From NCBI GenBank assembly GCA_010093815.1, contig ML996598.1: DNA of 35,747 bases. One strand, written 5' to 3'. Below are positions 35,478 to 35,747 of the stretch, piece by piece. The notes under the pieces were generated by a model. The model was not told the DNA's origin, ran no database searches, and saw only the letters and a program-made list of their open reading frames with translations. This stretch comes from Pseudovirgaria hyperparasitica (lineage: Eukaryota). The translations under genes and the position numbers were made by a program. Each line of letters begins with the position of its first letter. Position 1 is the stretch's first letter.

Positions 35478-35747
35478 TATACATAGATATATAATATTCC
35501 TTATATAAGGAATATATATCTAAATAGAGTTATATAATAGGATCTAGCCGTAATAGACTATTATATAATAAACGGATCGGCGGAGTATAGCTTAAAGATA
35601 ATAAGAATATAGTATAATTCTTAAAGTAAAGACTAGATAGAGAGAGAACTAAATACATAGAGAGACCGTTCCTTATATATTCCTCCTTATACATTCTAGA
35701 TCCTTCTCTTAATTAATAATAGGAATCTTCTAGACCTCTAGACGTAC
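35478..35747. mobile_element. Probable end of another inserted element (LTR-like) truncating the Copia RNase H
   Basis: Copia homology stops after ...EKG, before the expected ADxLTK motif. The sequence is non-coding, with a 22-bp palindrome at 35494-35515. No partner repeat in the window. Confidence 0.35.

Noticed and set aside
1..35747. Stop-codon-recoded genome (many in-frame TAG/TAA)
   Set aside because: The stops sit at Gln/Trp positions alongside systematic CA>TA and TG>TA changes between repeat copies, which is RIP rather than an alternative genetic code.

Overview
This window is an AT-rich nest of fungal (filamentous ascomycete-type) transposons degraded by repeat-induced point mutation (RIP). 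TpA is in excess, CpA/TpG are depleted, and repeat copies differ almost only by C>T/G>A. No intact gene remains, but reading frames are preserved, so mentally reversing RIP recovers the architecture. Outermost layer: a Ty1/Copia RT-RNase H fragment (34254-35474). Beside it lies a minus-strand Helitron Rep/Hel N-terminal fragment (about 31560-33360+), then two minisatellites, then a convergent intron-containing SNF2-family ATPase pseudogene (about 1277-4084 + 29640-30997) whose N-terminus has five tandem exon+intron units. Chromovirus B (4085-29634, TSD TATAA) split SNF2 motif III. B was then invaded by chromovirus A (4560-12427, TSD ATACT) and two full-length Tad1-like LINEs (16237-21535, 14-bp TSD; 23972-29281, 16-bp TSD). 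The 3' end of a second copy of A occupies 1-553. Most notable: a possible large Helitron-derived element carrying a SNF2 ATPase; antisense Cys6/coiled-coil genes in both chromoviruses; and a 31-bp palindrome bracketing the LINE coding region. Protein motifs quoted as 'de-RIP' are manual reconstructions, not database hits.
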